The notes: generated by a model not told the origin, from the sequence alone. Counted from the first letter of the stretch, positions 27,786-38,720 are shown. The stretch is DNA of 64,000 nucleotides from an uncultured delta proteobacterium (GCA_963745035.1 CAVUVW010000014.1:192001-256000); one strand, 5' to 3'. Made by a program: numbers and translations.

Positions 27786-29108
27786 ATGGACAACGTCGAT
27801 GCGAGTCGAGCTGCCGCACGCCTGCCGCTGTCCGTTCCATTTTATTATGGCTGGTTCATCGTCGCGCTGAGTTTTCTCGCCAATCTGACCGCCGCTGGGA
27901 TACGCTCGGCGCCCTCGGTGCTGATTCATCCCTTCGAAGCCGAGTTCGGCTGGTCGCGAACCGCGATCGCCACGGCCGCAAGTCTCAATCTCTTACTGCT
28001 CGGGCTGTTTGCGCCCATCGGCGGCTGGTTGATCGATCGACTCGGCGCGCGCCGCGTCATCCTCGGTTGTCTCGCGACCATCGTCGCGGGATTGATCGGC
28101 ACGGTTTTCGTCCAAGAGCTTTGGCAGCTCATTATTCTCTGGGGAGTCGTCCTGGGCGTCGCCACCGGTGTCACGCCGCCGCTCGGCGCCAGCATCGCGA
28201 GCCGCTGGTTCGTCGACCGGCGCGGCCTCGCCATCGGCATCATGACCAACGCCAACGCGGCGGGGCAGGTTGTCTATCTGCCGCTGCTGATGGCGATCAT
28301 CGTCGGCAGCGGCTGGCGCAGCGCGCTTTGGGCGATGGCGGCGGCCTCGGCCGTCTTACTGCCGGCGATTTGGTTTTGGATGCGCGATAGGCCCGCCGAC
28401 GTGGGGCTCGAGCCTTACACTGCCGCGCGGCCGAGCGATGCAAGGAAGCGCGGGATTTACGCGCGCGGCGAGATCCGTCCGATGTCGATATCGAGCATCT
28501 CCGAAGTATTCAAGACGTCGACGTTCTGGATTTTGAGCGGCTGTTTTTTTATCTGCGGCGTCACCGCCAACGGGCTCATCGGCACGCACTTGATTCCGCA
28601 CGCGATCGAGCGCGGCATACCGCAGATGACCGCGGCCATGGCCGTGGGGATCATGGGCGGGGCGAGCTTTGTCGGCACGACGTTTTCCGGCTGGATGGTC
28701 GATCGCGTCGATCCGCGCAAAGTGCTCGCGGTAGTCTACGCTTTGCGCGGCTCATCGCTTTTCATTCTACCGTACGTGTCGGAATCGCCGGGTCTGTTTC
28801 TCTTCGCGGTCCTCTACGGACTTGACTGGTACGCGTCGGGTCCGGCGACGACGACGATTATCGCGCGCATCTTCGGGCCGGAGCGGGTCGGCAGCATTTT
28901 CGGCCTGGTGTTCGTCTTCCACCAACTCGGCGGCGCCGGCGCGGCGATCGGCGGCGGCTGGGCACGCGTTCATTTCGGCGATTATCAATACGCCTTTCTC
29001 GCCGGCGGATGTCTGGGATTGCTCGCGGCTTGCCTGGCTCTCACGGTGCGCTCGACCGAGCGGCCTGCCGCCGCCATGCCTTTAAAAACGGAATTCGCCG
29101 GAGCGTGA
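27786..29108 (+). CDS. MFS transporter
   Basis: About 12 hydrophobic segments; motif A GWLIDRLGARR; FYYGW, EFGWSR. Confidence 0.9.
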   Translation: MDNVDASRAAARLPLSVPFYYGWFIVALSFLANLTAAGIRSAPSVLIHPFEAEFGWSRTAIATAASLNLLLLGLFAPIGGWLIDRLGARRVILGCLATIVAGLIGTVFVQELWQLIILWGVVLGVATGVTPPLGASIASRWFVDRRGLAIGIMTNANAAGQVVYLPLLMAIIVGSGWRSALWAMAAASAVLLPAIWFWMRDRPADVGLEPYTAARPSDARKRGIYARGEIRPMSISSISEVFKTSTFWILSGCFFICGVTANGLIGTHLIPHAIERGIPQMTAAMAVGIMGGASFVGTTFSGWMVDRVDPRKVLAVVYALRGSSLFILPYVSESPGLFLFAVLYGLDWYASGPATTTIIARIFGPERVGSIFGLVFVFHQLGGAGAAIGGGWARVHFGDYQYAFLAGGCLGLLAACLALTVRSTERPAAAMPLKTEFAGA

Positions 29109-29398
29109 AAGCAGCGTGCGGGTTTCTAGTTGGAGTTTGCGTTCAACCGCCATGCGGATCATTGACGGAACCCGCGCGCGGCGCGCCCTGAGACGGAGGG
29201 CAAGGGCGCGACATCTGGAATGCTTTCGCGAGCCTCTACACAAACCAGTGAACCGTCAGCCGCGGCTCGGCCTAACGCAGAGGTCGGTCGCCGCTCGTGA
29301 TTTTGGTGTTCGAGCCTCACCTTGTTTGGTAGCCGGTGGGTTGATAATTTCCCCCGACCCGAATATTGCAGTTCGACATAAGATCAGAGGAGCTAGAC

Positions 29399-30229
29399 AT
29401 GGAGATCCAATTACAACAGCTCGGCAAGCGGGCCTTTGCCGTGATCGGCGAAGACGGCAATACAAACTTCGGCATTGTGCGCGGCGATGACGGCTCTGCG
29501 CTGCTGATCGATGCCGATATCCGGCGTATGGATGAGATCGACGAGGGGCTTAAGCGCGCCGATTGCCGCAGTGTCAGATACCTGTTTATCACCCACGAGA
29601 ACTTCGATCATTGTTCGGCCAATTACTTTTACGAGCAATCCGGCACCGTGGTGATCGCAAGCCGGGGCTGCATGGAGGCGTTGGTCGATGATGGCGACGC
29701 CAAATTCTCAGAGATGTCGAGCCGATCACCGGAGCTGTTCACGCGCTACCCGGGATTGAAGATGAGTCTGCCGCAGGTAGTTTTTCCCGATACGCTCACC
29801 GTGCGCTTGCCCGGCGCCACTGTGCAACTGCGCCATTTCAATCAGAGTCACAGCCGCGGCGACGCGACGGCCTATTATGCCGAGGAAGAAATTTTTTTCG
29901 CCGGTGATCTGCTGTATACCCAATATCATCCGGTCACGATCTATGGCCGAATCCCGAGCTGGATCGACACACTGGCGGGACTCGACAGTTTCAGTTACTC
30001 CAAGATCGTCCCCGGGCACGGGCCGTGCGGCGAGACTCTCGCCGTGGGCCGGCAACAAATTCAGGAATTCAAAATCTATCTGGAGATATTTTTGCGCCGG
30101 CTCGAGCAGGCGAGGTCCGGAGACAAAACCGCGCAGGAGATCATCGACGAAACGCACACCGCGTATCCGTCATTCGGCAAGCGCTGGATGGTCAAAAGAA
30201 ATGTCGAGTATTTTCTCGGCCACGTTTAA
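29399..30229 (+). CDS. MBL-fold metallo-hydrolase
   Basis: LLIDA, THENFDH, SHSRGD, FAGDL, IVPGHG. Confidence 0.82.
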   Translation: MEIQLQQLGKRAFAVIGEDGNTNFGIVRGDDGSALLIDADIRRMDEIDEGLKRADCRSVRYLFITHENFDHCSANYFYEQSGTVVIASRGCMEALVDDGDAKFSEMSSRSPELFTRYPGLKMSLPQVVFPDTLTVRLPGATVQLRHFNQSHSRGDATAYYAEEEIFFAGDLLYTQYHPVTIYGRIPSWIDTLAGLDSFSYSKIVPGHGPCGETLAVGRQQIQEFKIYLEIFLRRLEQARSGDKTAQEIIDETHTAYPSFGKRWMVKRNVEYFLGHV

Positions 30230-30411
30230 GATTGTAGAAAGATTACACGCCCTAGTCGCACATGGCGGGGATCTTTGTCAGCTACCGTGGGGACGATAGC
30301 CGAGACATTGGTGGACCGGCTGGCGCCAGGACGATACGGCCGAGCAGGTCACCGGAGACCAATGGAGGCCGCTGACAAAAAATTTCTTTGCGGCGCATCG
30401 CCGCGCAAGGC

Positions 30412-30442
30412 AAAAAAAAGGGAGGCGTTTCGCCTCCCTTTT
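30412..30442 (-). terminator. Rho-independent terminator of hsp20
   Basis: GGGAGGCG/CGCCTCCC stem; A8 on the plus strand gives the U tract. Confidence 0.85.
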
Positions 30443-30459
30443 GGATGGTGCAGGAACCG

Positions 30460-30900
30460 TTACTGCACGTTGATCTGGATCTGCCGCGGCTTGGCCTCTT
30501 CCGCCTTTGCTACCCGGACCTCGAGGATACCGTCTTTGTAGCTGGCTTCGATGCCGTCCTGCTTCGCGTTCTCGGGCAGGGTGAATGAACGCCAGAACTT
30601 GGCGGCGACCCGTTCTACGTGGCGGTATTCCACGCCGTCCGCCGGCTTCTCGGACTTCATCTCCCCGCTGAGCACCAGCGATCCGTCTTTTACTTCGACT
30701 TTGATGTCTTCCTTTTTCATGCCGGGAAGCTCAGCGCGAATCAGATACGCATCCTTGCTTTCCAGGACATCCACAGCGGGATGCCACTTCGACAAACTCC
30801 GTTGTGCCGGAGCGCGATCGAAAGCGCCATCGAAAAGGTCGTCAAAGACGGAATGCAGATTGCCCAAACCCGTAAATGGTTCCCATCTTACTAGTTCCAT
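30460..30900 (-). CDS. Small heat-shock protein (Hsp20/alpha-crystallin)
   Basis: PAVDV, AELPG, F.RSFTLP, ASYKDGILEV. Confidence 0.93.
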   Translation of the reverse strand: MELVRWEPFTGLGNLHSVFDDLFDGAFDRAPAQRSLSKWHPAVDVLESKDAYLIRAELPGMKKEDIKVEVKDGSLVLSGEMKSEKPADGVEYRHVERVAAKFWRSFTLPENAKQDGIEASYKDGILEVRVAKAEEAKPRQIQINVQ

Positions 30901-31103
30901 AACTGTTTCCTCCTTTATGACAGAAAACTAAGCACGCCTTTTCAGACCGTCAAGCCGCTTGACAAAGGGCCTTGCCGTGCTTAATGGCGGTTTTTCTTTG
31001 GCCAATATTTAGCTGCGCGGGAAAGGGTCGTTCGAGGTTCAAAGCTTCAAGGCTTCGCGCCGGCGCAGGAAATTCGCCTAGCACCGAGAAGTTTTTTGGC
31101 CGG

Positions 31104-32295
31104 TCAGACTTCGATGAAGGCGAGCTCGCGCTTGCCGAGCCTTCTGGCGCCGTGGGCCTCGATGGCGACGGTGTCGCCGGCGCGAATGGAGTCGCGCATG
31201 AAGCCTTGCTTGCAGGCGGGTTTCAAGATGAACACGTGGCCCTCTTTGATCTTCTGCTCCTGCTCGGGAAAATCCGTGCGCGCGCCCCAGAGCATGGGCG
31301 CGTCCTCGCCGAGGCCGCGGCCGTGCAGGAGCGCGCCGTCAGGCTCGTAGCCGGCGGCCTGCACTTCGTCGCGGTAGAACTTGGCGACGGCGCCGAAGGT
31401 GACGCCGGGTTTCAAGAACCGCAGCATGCGCTCGAAAATCACTCTGGGTCGCATCGAAGATTTTCTCCAGCTCTTTGGGCTTGGGGCCGAGGGAGATCGG
31501 CTGCAGCGCCTGGGCGATGTAGCCGGCGTATTTGCCTTCGACTTCGGTGTTGATCAGATCGCCGGGCTTTAACCTGCGCGTGGTGAAGACGCGCTGCGCC
31601 CACGGCACTTCCGGACCGCCGGAGCCGAACAGCATCATGGTGATCGGCTCGCCGCCGCGCCGGACGATCTCGCGCAGCATCTCGGCGATCAACTCGTGCT
31701 CGCCGACGCCCGGCTTGGCGTTCGCGATCAACGCCTCGTTGGCGTGGCCGATAATTTCGGCGGCCTTTTCGATGAACGCCACTTCTTCGGCGCTCTTGAC
31801 CGCGCGGACTTCCTGCATCACGTCCGTGCCGTTGGCGAATTGCGCTTGCGGCAGCGCGCCGCGAATCTTCTCGATCGTCCCCCAGGGCACGACTCCTTCG
31901 GGCGCGCGCACGAGACCCGAAAGGCCGACGATGCCGACCCGCTCGGCGCGGAGCTCTTTCAGACGCTCGATCATGGGCTCGCCGTAAGAGCGGCGCGAGG
32001 GGCGGATATCGGCAACCCAATCTTGCGCCAGTCCCCACCATTCGATCTCGTTGGCGCCGCGCACGACTGCGGTGACGTTGCCTTCGAGAGGGAGCACGCA
32101 ACCGACTTCAGTTTGCGCCCCGCCGATCTGCGTGATGTACCTCGTGTCGCAGCCGAACTGGTCCCAGTGGCCCTGATGGGGTAGTGCGATGAGCGCGTCG
32201 AAGCCGGCCCGCTTCATTTCCTCGCGCAGCCGGCGCCAGCGCCGGTCCCGTTCCGTCAACGAGAATGTCGGGATGATCGGTTTTTCGAGGGCCAT
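31104..32295 (-). CDS. M24 family (Xaa-Pro peptidase/creatinase-like) protein, apparent frameshift near 31445
   Basis: Creatinase-type N-terminus, RAVKSAEE, AKPGVGE, HGRGL. Confidence 0.78.
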
Positions 32296-32432
32296 GGCAG
32301 CTTTTTCTTTTCAGGTCAAAGAATCGAGTCGCTTGCGGTCGGCGCGCAGGGGCGGCGGATGCTTTGCGGAATTCTTATAAAGAGATTTGGATGCGCCGGC
32401 AGCCAGAACGCGCTTAGCGCCGCCAACGCTCG

Positions 32433-33329
32433 CTATTTTTGGATCTTCATGCCCTTGTCGAAGCTCGATATGCCTCGGCCCTGCTTCTCGCGGTTGGCGA
32501 TGGTGCGCTGCCACTTTTCTTCGTCGGACATCAGCGACCAGTCTTCCGCGCCGAGCGCGGTGATCTGCAAATAATTCGTATCGGGGTCGAAAAAATAGAT
32601 GCTGCGCTCGCCCGGGGGGCGCAGGCCGTCGCCGGCGCGAAAGTCGCCGAGGGAGCGGCCGCCCAGGCGGGGAATCCGTTCGAGCATGACGTCGTAATCT
32701 TCCTGGCTGACGTTGAACGCGACGTGGCAGGCGCGGCCTTTTTTCTTGGTGCGCTCGGAGAGCTCGGCCACGGGCTTCAGGCCGAGCATCTGGCCGTTGG
32801 CGAACTCGAAAAGCGTCTCGCCGCGCACTGCGGCGATGGGCTTTAGTCCCAAGGCTTCGACATAGAAGCGTTGGGCGCGGGCGAGATCGGCGGTCTCGAA
32901 GATTACGTGGCTGATGCCGTCCTTTGGCGCCAGCGGCTTTCGGCGCAGACAAAGCTCGATGTGATTGTCGTCGGGATCGATGAATTGCACTGCCTTGACG
33001 AAGGGCGACTCAACTCCGTGGGTTTCGAGTTCGCCGCATTTCGCGCCGCTGGCCCGGAGTCGCCCCAGCGCGGCGTCGAATGCCGGCTCGTCGGGCAAGC
33101 CGATGGCATAGCGCGGCGCGCCGCTGTCTGACGCGGGCACCGAAACGCCGGGCAATGTCAGGCCGACGATGTTCTCGCCGGCCTGGACATAGGTGTGGCG
33201 CGGCGAGCCGTCGGCGTTCTTTCGCTGCGTGAGAAACGTGAGGCCGACCGTTTCGAGATAAAATTTTTCCGAGCGCGGCAGATCGCGCACGGGAAAGGCG
33301 ACGTGGTCCAGAGTTTCTGCGCGGAACAT
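32433..33329 (-). CDS. VOC/glyoxalase family protein (two domains)
   Basis: LDHVAFPVRDL..S..FY, FIDPDDNHIEL, ISHV, HVAF, YFFDPDTN. Confidence 0.85.
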   Translation of the reverse strand: MFRAETLDHVAFPVRDLPRSEKFYLETVGLTFLTQRKNADGSPRHTYVQAGENIVGLTLPGVSVPASDSGAPRYAIGLPDEPAFDAALGRLRASGAKCGELETHGVESPFVKAVQFIDPDDNHIELCLRRKPLAPKDGISHVIFETADLARAQRFYVEALGLKPIAAVRGETLFEFANGQMLGLKPVAELSERTKKKGRACHVAFNVSQEDYDVMLERIPRLGGRSLGDFRAGDGLRPPGERSIYFFDPDTNYLQITALGAEDWSLMSDEEKWQRTIANREKQGRGISSFDKGMKIQK

Positions 33330-33344
33330 TGCTTCCTCCGGCGA

Positions 33345-34442
33345 TCAATGACCCGATGATTTTCTCTTCAAGACGACTTCGTCGAGAATCTGCACGCCGT
33401 CTTTGATCAGTTTGGCGTTTTGCTCCAGGGTATTGATCTGGACGCGCGGCGTGCCCAAAAGATTCTGCAGCTCTTTCATGCGCGGGTAGATCGGCTCGAC
33501 TTTGGGATGGGTCACCACCCGCCCTTCCTGCGCGATCAGACGCTGCCCTTCCTCGGAAATCATGAAATCATAGAAGAGCGCGCCGGCATGCGGGTGGGGC
33601 GCCTGGCGCGCCATGGTCAGCGGATAGATCAGCGCCGGGATCAAATCTTGCGCGACCCAATCGATGGGCGCGTTCTTCGCGCGCAGTCCTTCGGTGTTGT
33701 AGGCGTAGCTGGTCACCGCGAGCGGCGCTTCGCCGGCCATCATCATTTGCGCCGTGGTGTCGCGGCCGACGCGCACCAAGAGCTGCTGCTGGCTCAACCG
33801 GGTAAAGTAGCCGAGGGTTTTCTCCTTGCCCCAGGCGCCGAGAAGCGCGGTGACTTCCTCGACGGAAGATTCGTCGAAGAGAATTTCCCCTTTCCATTTC
33901 GGATTCAGCAATTCCTCCCAACTTTTCGGCACGTCTTTCTGACTGAGCTTGCGTGGATTATACGAAAAGACGCGAAACGCGTAATTCATGTTGGTGTAAA
34001 ACGGCGACTTGGCGTGGGCCGGAAAAACCTCCCGTACCGGCGTGTCGTAGCGGCCGATGACGTTTCTTTCCAGAAAGATCGGCAGCAGATCAAAGGACGG
34101 CTTGATGACATCGACCAGGTGCCTGCCGGCATTGGCTTCCGAAACGACTCTCTGGGTAACCTGGCGGGTTTTCGAGCGCCAAAAATTCGCGTTGATAAAA
34201 GGATATTTCTTTCTGAAGGCCTGGATATAGCGGGTCGCGTTCTCGATGCCCGAGTTGGTATACCAAACCATCTCGCCTTCTTTCCTGGCGCCCTCGAGGA
34301 GTCTTTTCTCGCGCTCGGCCGCGGGCAGCTTCTCCAACGACTTCCAAACCGCTTCGGCGCTGTTGGCGTGGGCGGCCTTCGCGCCGGACAACATCGGACT
34401 GAAACCGAGCATCATCAGCAGAATTACAAATGGGCGTACCAT
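33345..34442 (-). CDS. Extracellular solute-binding protein (AfuA-like)
   Basis: Signal peptide; ARKEGEMVWYT, PKSWEELLNPKWKG, APHPHAGALF. Confidence 0.85.
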   Translation of the reverse strand: MVRPFVILLMMLGFSPMLSGAKAAHANSAEAVWKSLEKLPAAEREKRLLEGARKEGEMVWYTNSGIENATRYIQAFRKKYPFINANFWRSKTRQVTQRVVSEANAGRHLVDVIKPSFDLLPIFLERNVIGRYDTPVREVFPAHAKSPFYTNMNYAFRVFSYNPRKLSQKDVPKSWEELLNPKWKGEILFDESSVEEVTALLGAWGKEKTLGYFTRLSQQQLLVRVGRDTTAQMMMAGEAPLAVTSYAYNTEGLRAKNAPIDWVAQDLIPALIYPLTMARQAPHPHAGALFYDFMISEEGQRLIAQEGRVVTHPKVEPIYPRMKELQNLLGTPRVQINTLEQNAKLIKDGVQILDEVVLKRKSSGH

Positions 34443-34598
34443 CGGACTATCCTCCCTGGCGGGAAAACCTTATTGCATGAAGACCATCGCGTCAATCGGG
34501 GTGACGAGATCGAGATCGTTCGCATGGCGGGCCAACGATTCCCCGCAGCTCGCTGCGGGATTCATTCGACGAAACGCTCATAAGACAAAAAAACTGCG

Positions 34599-34627
34599 TT
34601 GACACCCGCGGATGGCGGCGATATAGG
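34599..34627 (+). promoter_or_regulatory. Putative sigma70 promoter
   Basis: TTGACA-17 nt-TATAGG upstream of 34672. Confidence 0.5.
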
Positions 34628-34671
34628 GCGACCAAGCGGGCAGAAAGAATCGCCTGTTGGAGGATCGAAAA

Positions 34672-35721
34672 ATGAGCATCGGCGCATTCGTCGTTTTGGT
34701 TCTCTTGCTTTCACCGTTGCAAGCGTGGTCGCAGGCGCGCAAGCCGGCGTCGTTGGCGGAGCTGGTGAGTTACATGGGCGCAGACCGCGAGCAGGTGCTC
34801 TACGCCGGCGCGAAGGCGGAAGGAAAGCTCATGTGGTACACCTCGCTCGCCGGCGGCTCCTACAAAGCGCTCATAACCGCCTTCGAAGCCAAGTATCCCG
34901 GCGTCCGGGTTGACGTTTATCGCGCCGGCGGCAGCGACCTGGTGGTGCGGTTGAGCGAAGAGTACAAAGCCAGACGCCATCTGGTGGATACGATCGAGAC
35001 TACAGAGGGCAATCTGATGTTCATGCGCGATGCGGGTCTCCTACAGCCCTACAATTCGCCGGTGCTCAAGAACTACCCGGACGAGGCCAAGGAAGCGGCG
35101 GCAAAGGGGCTCTACTACTGGGCGCTCGCCCGGGAGTCCTATATCGGCTTTACCTACAACAAGAATCTCCTCGCCGCCGCGGCGGTGCCGAAGAACTTCG
35201 ACGGTCTTTTCCACCCGGACCTCAAAGATAAGATGGGCATGCCGCTGGGGGGAGCCTCGGGCAGCAGGGCCATCGGCGCGATGGTCAAAGCCAAAGGCGA
35301 AGAGTTCGTTAAAAAGCTGAAAGAGCAGCAGATGAAGCTCTATTCTCTCGATGCTCCGGCGCTCGTCAACGTGATCGCCGCCGGCGAAGTCGTCGCCTCG
35401 CCGGCAATTTTCCAGAGCCACACCTGGCTTGCTGCTACGAAAGGCGCGCCGGTGGAATGGGTGCCGATGGAACTCGTGCCCAATAACGTGGGCAGCGCGG
35501 CCATCGCCGTTAGACCGCCAAATCCTCATGGCGCGGTCTTGATGGCTGATTTTCTCCTGGGAAAGGAGGGTCAGAACATACTGGAAAAGTTTCACTACGG
35601 CAGCGCGACCAAGGAGCAACCGTTCAAACGTTGGCGCCCGGAGCGGGGACTGACGACGGAAAAGTACGAAAAGGAAATCGACCACTGGGAAAAGCTGGTT
35701 CAGCAAATTGGCCGCAAATAG
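34672..35721 (+). CDS. Extracellular solute-binding protein (AfuA-like), close paralog of 19451-20494
   Basis: Shared YMGADRE.VLY.GAK.EGKL.WYTSL, RESY, PFKRW.PE.GL. Confidence 0.87.
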   Translation: MSIGAFVVLVLLLSPLQAWSQARKPASLAELVSYMGADREQVLYAGAKAEGKLMWYTSLAGGSYKALITAFEAKYPGVRVDVYRAGGSDLVVRLSEEYKARRHLVDTIETTEGNLMFMRDAGLLQPYNSPVLKNYPDEAKEAAAKGLYYWALARESYIGFTYNKNLLAAAAVPKNFDGLFHPDLKDKMGMPLGGASGSRAIGAMVKAKGEEFVKKLKEQQMKLYSLDAPALVNVIAAGEVVASPAIFQSHTWLAATKGAPVEWVPMELVPNNVGSAAIAVRPPNPHGAVLMADFLLGKEGQNILEKFHYGSATKEQPFKRWRPERGLTTEKYEKEIDHWEKLVQQIGRK

Positions 35722-35830
35722 CCGCGCGCTGTCCGGCGTCGGAGCGCGCCGTAATACGAGCGGCGCAATCGCTCTTCCGCTCGGCGAAAACCCGCGATCG
35801 GGCGCGGCAGGCGATGCGCGAAGGACTTTG

Positions 35831-36553
35831 ATGATGGCGGAGAAAAAACTCACCGGCAAGATTGCGCGGGAACGGATTTGTCTGATGGAAGCGCCGCGCC
35901 CGCCGTCGGGAATCATCGAGGGCTTGCGCGCGCTGGGCGACGCCAGCGGCATCATTTCCGATGTCATGGACGAGCTTGGCATCATTGGCGTAGTCGGCGC
36001 ATCCGTGCTGAAGCCGACCGTCGCCGGGTCATGCATCGTCGGGCCGGCGCTCACGGTGCGCAATATTCTCCAGCGCGAGCATGTCTATGAAGCCGCGCGC
36101 CGGCACGTGAACAAGATGGCCGAGTTCGAAGCGCACAATCTGGCTCTGCCGGGCGACGTCGTCGTCATCGACGGCGTCGCCGGCATCTCGAACATGGGCG
36201 GCATCTCGGCGCAGACCGGCAAGCGCCAGGGCGAAGCCGGCGCCATCGTATTCGGCGGCGTGCGCGACGTCGGTCATTCGCGCCGGGTCGGCTACCCAAT
36301 CTGGGCCTCTGAAATCACTCCGGTCACCGGCAAGTGGCGCATCGAAACCGTCGAGATCAACGGCGAGGTGGTTGTTGCCGGCGTGCGCGTGGCGCCGGGC
36401 GATATCGTGCTCGCCGACGACACCGGCGTGTGCTTTATCCCGCGCGCCCGCGCCGCCGAGGTGCTGGCGCTCGCCCAACAGAAATCCGCCGCCGAAGAAG
36501 CCAAATGCAAAGCGATCGACGACGGCGTCGGAGTCGCCGATCTTCCCGCGTGA
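35831..36553 (+). CDS. RraA / HMG-aldolase family protein
   Basis: ISDVMD, GPALTV, PGDVVVIDG, GGVRD, VAPGDIVLADDTGV. Confidence 0.85.
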   Translation: MMAEKKLTGKIARERICLMEAPRPPSGIIEGLRALGDASGIISDVMDELGIIGVVGASVLKPTVAGSCIVGPALTVRNILQREHVYEAARRHVNKMAEFEAHNLALPGDVVVIDGVAGISNMGGISAQTGKRQGEAGAIVFGGVRDVGHSRRVGYPIWASEITPVTGKWRIETVEINGEVVVAGVRVAPGDIVLADDTGVCFIPRARAAEVLALAQQKSAAEEAKCKAIDDGVGVADLPA

Positions 36554-36779
36554 GCTTACTTGGCTGAAATAAGTGGGCGCAGGCGCGTGCCGGGGCTTTG
36601 CTAGGAAGCACTTCCGGCTCGATCGGCATCACTTCCATCTTTAAATTTCGGTTCCCCCCGCGGCAATTTCCTGAGGTTACGTTGCCTTAAGGACCGGCGC
36701 TCCGTATAACTTTTGCGTGGGCGCGTGCGCGCCCGGCTTTTCATCATGGTGGCAGCTCGCAAGCAGGGAGATGGAAATC

Positions 36780-37523
36780 ATGGACTGGATCACAAGCCCG
36801 GAAGCCTGGATCGCCTTTGGCACGTTGTTGGCGTTGGAGATCGTGCTTGGCATCGACAATGTCGTATTCATCTCGATTCTCGCCGGCAAGCTGCCGGCCA
36901 ATCAGCAGGCCAACGCCCGCTATCTCGGCCTTGCGCTGGCGATGGTGACGCGCATCCTGCTCTTGTTCTCGATTTCCTGGATGGTGCGGCTCACGGCGCC
37001 GCTATTCACGGTTTTTGAAATGGAGATCTCCGGGCGTGATTTGATCCTGATCACCGGCGGGCTGTTTCTGATCGGCAAAAGCACCCATGAAATTCACCAG
37101 CGGCTCGAAGGCGAGCACGGGCACGCCGCGGCGGCGGTGGCGCCGACCTTCGCCAGTGTGATCGTACAGATCCTGCTGCTCGACGTGGTGTTTTCTCTCG
37201 ATTCGGTCATCACCGCCGTCGGCATGGTCAATCAGATCGGCATCATGGTCTCGGCGGTGGTGGTTGCGGTGATCGTGATGATCGCCTTTGCCGGCGCGAT
37301 CGGGCGCTTCGTCGAGCGCCATCCGACGGTCAAAATGCTCGCGCTCAGTTTTCTTTTGCTGATCGGCATGACGCTCATGGCCGAAGGCTTCGACCAGCAT
37401 ATCTCGAAGGGCTATATTTATTCGGCGATGGCATTTTCGGTGTTTGTCGAGATTCTCAACCTGCGCGCGAAAAAGGTCGGCGCCGAGCCGGTCAGGCTGC
37501 ACAGGCCCTACGTCGAAGGTTGA
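36780..37523 (+). CDS. TerC family membrane protein
   Basis: LEIVLGIDNVVFI, DVVFSLDSVITAVG, HPTVKMLALSFL, KGYIY. Confidence 0.92.
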   Translation: MDWITSPEAWIAFGTLLALEIVLGIDNVVFISILAGKLPANQQANARYLGLALAMVTRILLLFSISWMVRLTAPLFTVFEMEISGRDLILITGGLFLIGKSTHEIHQRLEGEHGHAAAAVAPTFASVIVQILLLDVVFSLDSVITAVGMVNQIGIMVSAVVVAVIVMIAFAGAIGRFVERHPTVKMLALSFLLLIGMTLMAEGFDQHISKGYIYSAMAFSVFVEILNLRAKKVGAEPVRLHRPYVEG

Positions 37524-37567
37524 GTCCGGCGCCGCGCCGCGGTCAGATTGAGCTGCCTCCGCGCTCG

Positions 37568-38695
37568 CTAAGAAACAGCGAACGGAATCCGCGTGATGTC
37601 GAGATTCGCGGTGAAACTCTCAGGCGCCGGCAGCTTCATCGCGGCGTTGTGGATGATTAGCGGCACTTGAGATTCGTGCAGCGAGCCGTGCGAGCGATAG
37701 GTCGGCTCCAACTCTTCGCTCGACGAATCGAGATCGCCGAACACGGTGTCGTGATCGCCGATGACGACCAGATCGCCGATCCGTTCGGGCATCAGATGAA
37801 AGCGCCGGGCCGCCTCGGCGCGGCTGAGAACCTCTTCGATGCCGTGAAGTCCGGCAATCGTCCGCGCCGCCTTTTCCTGATCGGCCGGTGAGTTGAGCCA
37901 GACCCACGCCGCGCCGCCGAAGGTGCGGTGATGTTTCACGTAGCGGTCTTTTTCCGCCGACAAAGCGAAGCGCAGCGGCACGTCCCGTTCGGCGCAGGCC
38001 CGCGCCAGGTCCCAACAGCGTTTTTTATAGTTCATGCCATGGTCCGCCGTGAGCAGAAACGCGGCGTCCGGCGCGCCGGCGCGCGCCGCGCCGATGAGCT
38101 CGTCCAGGCGCGCGAGATGCTCCTGGGATTCGCTCGCCGCCGCTGGCCACATGTGCATCGGATAGTCCGTCGTGTGCACGTAGAGCAGCCGGATATCGGG
38201 CCGGTGGAGCAGAATGTCGATCGCCACATCCCAGAGCCAATAATTGATCTCCCGGCTGTAAATATCGGGCGGCTGGCCGAACCGGTCGATGAAATCGGCG
38301 GGCGGATTTTCCGCGGCGACCGCGACGGTGGCGCCGCGCGAAAGCAGGCGAATGGTTTTTTGCTTGCACGTGAGCAGCGCGGATGGAATTCCCCGCGCCG
38401 CCGCGCGCTCCAGGATGGTCGGCATGCGAATGAACTCCGCGCTTTCCATATAATCGGCCGCGCCGGTTTTTTCGTCGAAATAGGAATTGCCGGTGATGCC
38501 GTGCTCTTTCGGCCAGGCGCCGCAGCAGATCGACACGTTATTGGCGTTGGTGACGGTAGGATAGACGGCGCCGACTGCGCGAAACAGGCCGTCCCCGGCC
38601 ATGGATTTCATCACCGGTAATGAACTGTTTTCGAAATAGTCCGTGCCGAATCCATCGATCATGCCGATCACGACTCGCTGCTTTTCGACGATCAT
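37568..38695 (-). CDS. phnA: Phosphonoacetate hydrolase (alkaline phosphatase superfamily)
   Basis: IDG, PTVTNANNVSI, TTDYPMH, TADHGM, RIGDLVV, RSHGS; follows a phosphonate transporter. Confidence 0.75.
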   Translation of the reverse strand: MIVEKQRVVIGMIDGFGTDYFENSSLPVMKSMAGDGLFRAVGAVYPTVTNANNVSICCGAWPKEHGITGNSYFDEKTGAADYMESAEFIRMPTILERAAARGIPSALLTCKQKTIRLLSRGATVAVAAENPPADFIDRFGQPPDIYSREINYWLWDVAIDILLHRPDIRLLYVHTTDYPMHMWPAAASESQEHLARLDELIGAARAGAPDAAFLLTADHGMNYKKRCWDLARACAERDVPLRFALSAEKDRYVKHHRTFGGAAWVWLNSPADQEKAARTIAGLHGIEEVLSRAEAARRFHLMPERIGDLVVIGDHDTVFGDLDSSSEELEPTYRSHGSLHESQVPLIIHNAAMKLPAPESFTANLDITRIPFAVS

Positions 38696-38720
38696 GATTT
38701 TCTCCTTTGAAGCGAATTGT

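Noticed and set aside
36554-36779. yybP-ykoY manganese riboswitch upstream of terC
   Set aside because: The conserved riboswitch motifs were not recognisable by eye; an Rfam scan would settle it.
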